Part shown: in pieces, positions 63,809 to 64,000 of the stretch
Numbering within the stretch: position 1 is the stretch's first letter
Layout: each line of letters begins with the position of its first letter
Source: Eledone cirrhosa
Taxonomy: Eukaryota
Direction of reading: 5' to 3'
Length of the DNA: 64,000 bases
Assembly: GCA_964016885.1 (NCBI GenBank)
Contig: OZ024764.1
Coordinates: forward strand, 13,206,001-13,270,000
Made by a program: the position numbers and the translations under genes
Notes under the pieces: model-generated
Databases searched by the model: none
Seen by the model: the letters and a program-made list of their open reading frames with translations, nothing else
What the model was told of the DNA's origin: nothing

Positions 63809-64000
63809 CAGGGTGCAGACGACATCTGTTCGCAATTTTCAACTGCTAATTTTATGCAAATTATTTTACTTCCGTTGTCACTCTTGTCTTCATAAAAACA
63901 GTGACTATATTTCCATTATTTATTTTCTGAATAATTGCTTATGAATAATTTTGAACCTCCAAGTTCTTGGAATCCGCGCCGGGAGGACAAATAAGGAAAT
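63809..64000. mobile_element. Possible Tc1/mariner-type terminus
   Basis: TA|CAGGGTG start directly after a TA tract. The other end is not in the window. Confidence 0.3.

Overview
Eukaryotic, repeat-saturated animal DNA. The SINE, RTE and Penelope content suggests a cephalopod (octopod) genome, but that is an inference. Two host genes can be rebuilt. (1) A minus-strand, 3-exon atypical Rho GTPase (RhoU/RhoV-like; CDS 41419-41278, 23056-22998, 16812-15904; 369 aa). It has no C-terminal cysteine and carries a ~160-aa microsatellite-derived expansion in the Rho insert region. (2) The first two coding exons of plus-strand IQCD/DRC10 (53747-55132, 56674-56907), with a candidate RFX X-box 3.4 kb upstream. 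The window also holds an apparently intact RTE-clade LINE (APE + RT, with a C4HC3 PHD finger inserted inside the RT region) and many RTE and L1/Tx1-like 3' fragments. There are two tRNA-derived SINE families and TTAA-flanked piggyBac-type MITEs. Many palindromic Penelope-like ends sit in (TA)n and carry hammerhead-ribozyme motifs, including a family with a greatly extended stem II. Minisatellites born from TE ends or exon borders are abundant, including an 81-bp array with 324-bp higher-order structure that flips orientation around a Penelope hairpin. There is one 200-N assembly gap. Most short ORFs in the track are microsatellite artefacts. Boundaries of repeats and TE fragments are approximate.
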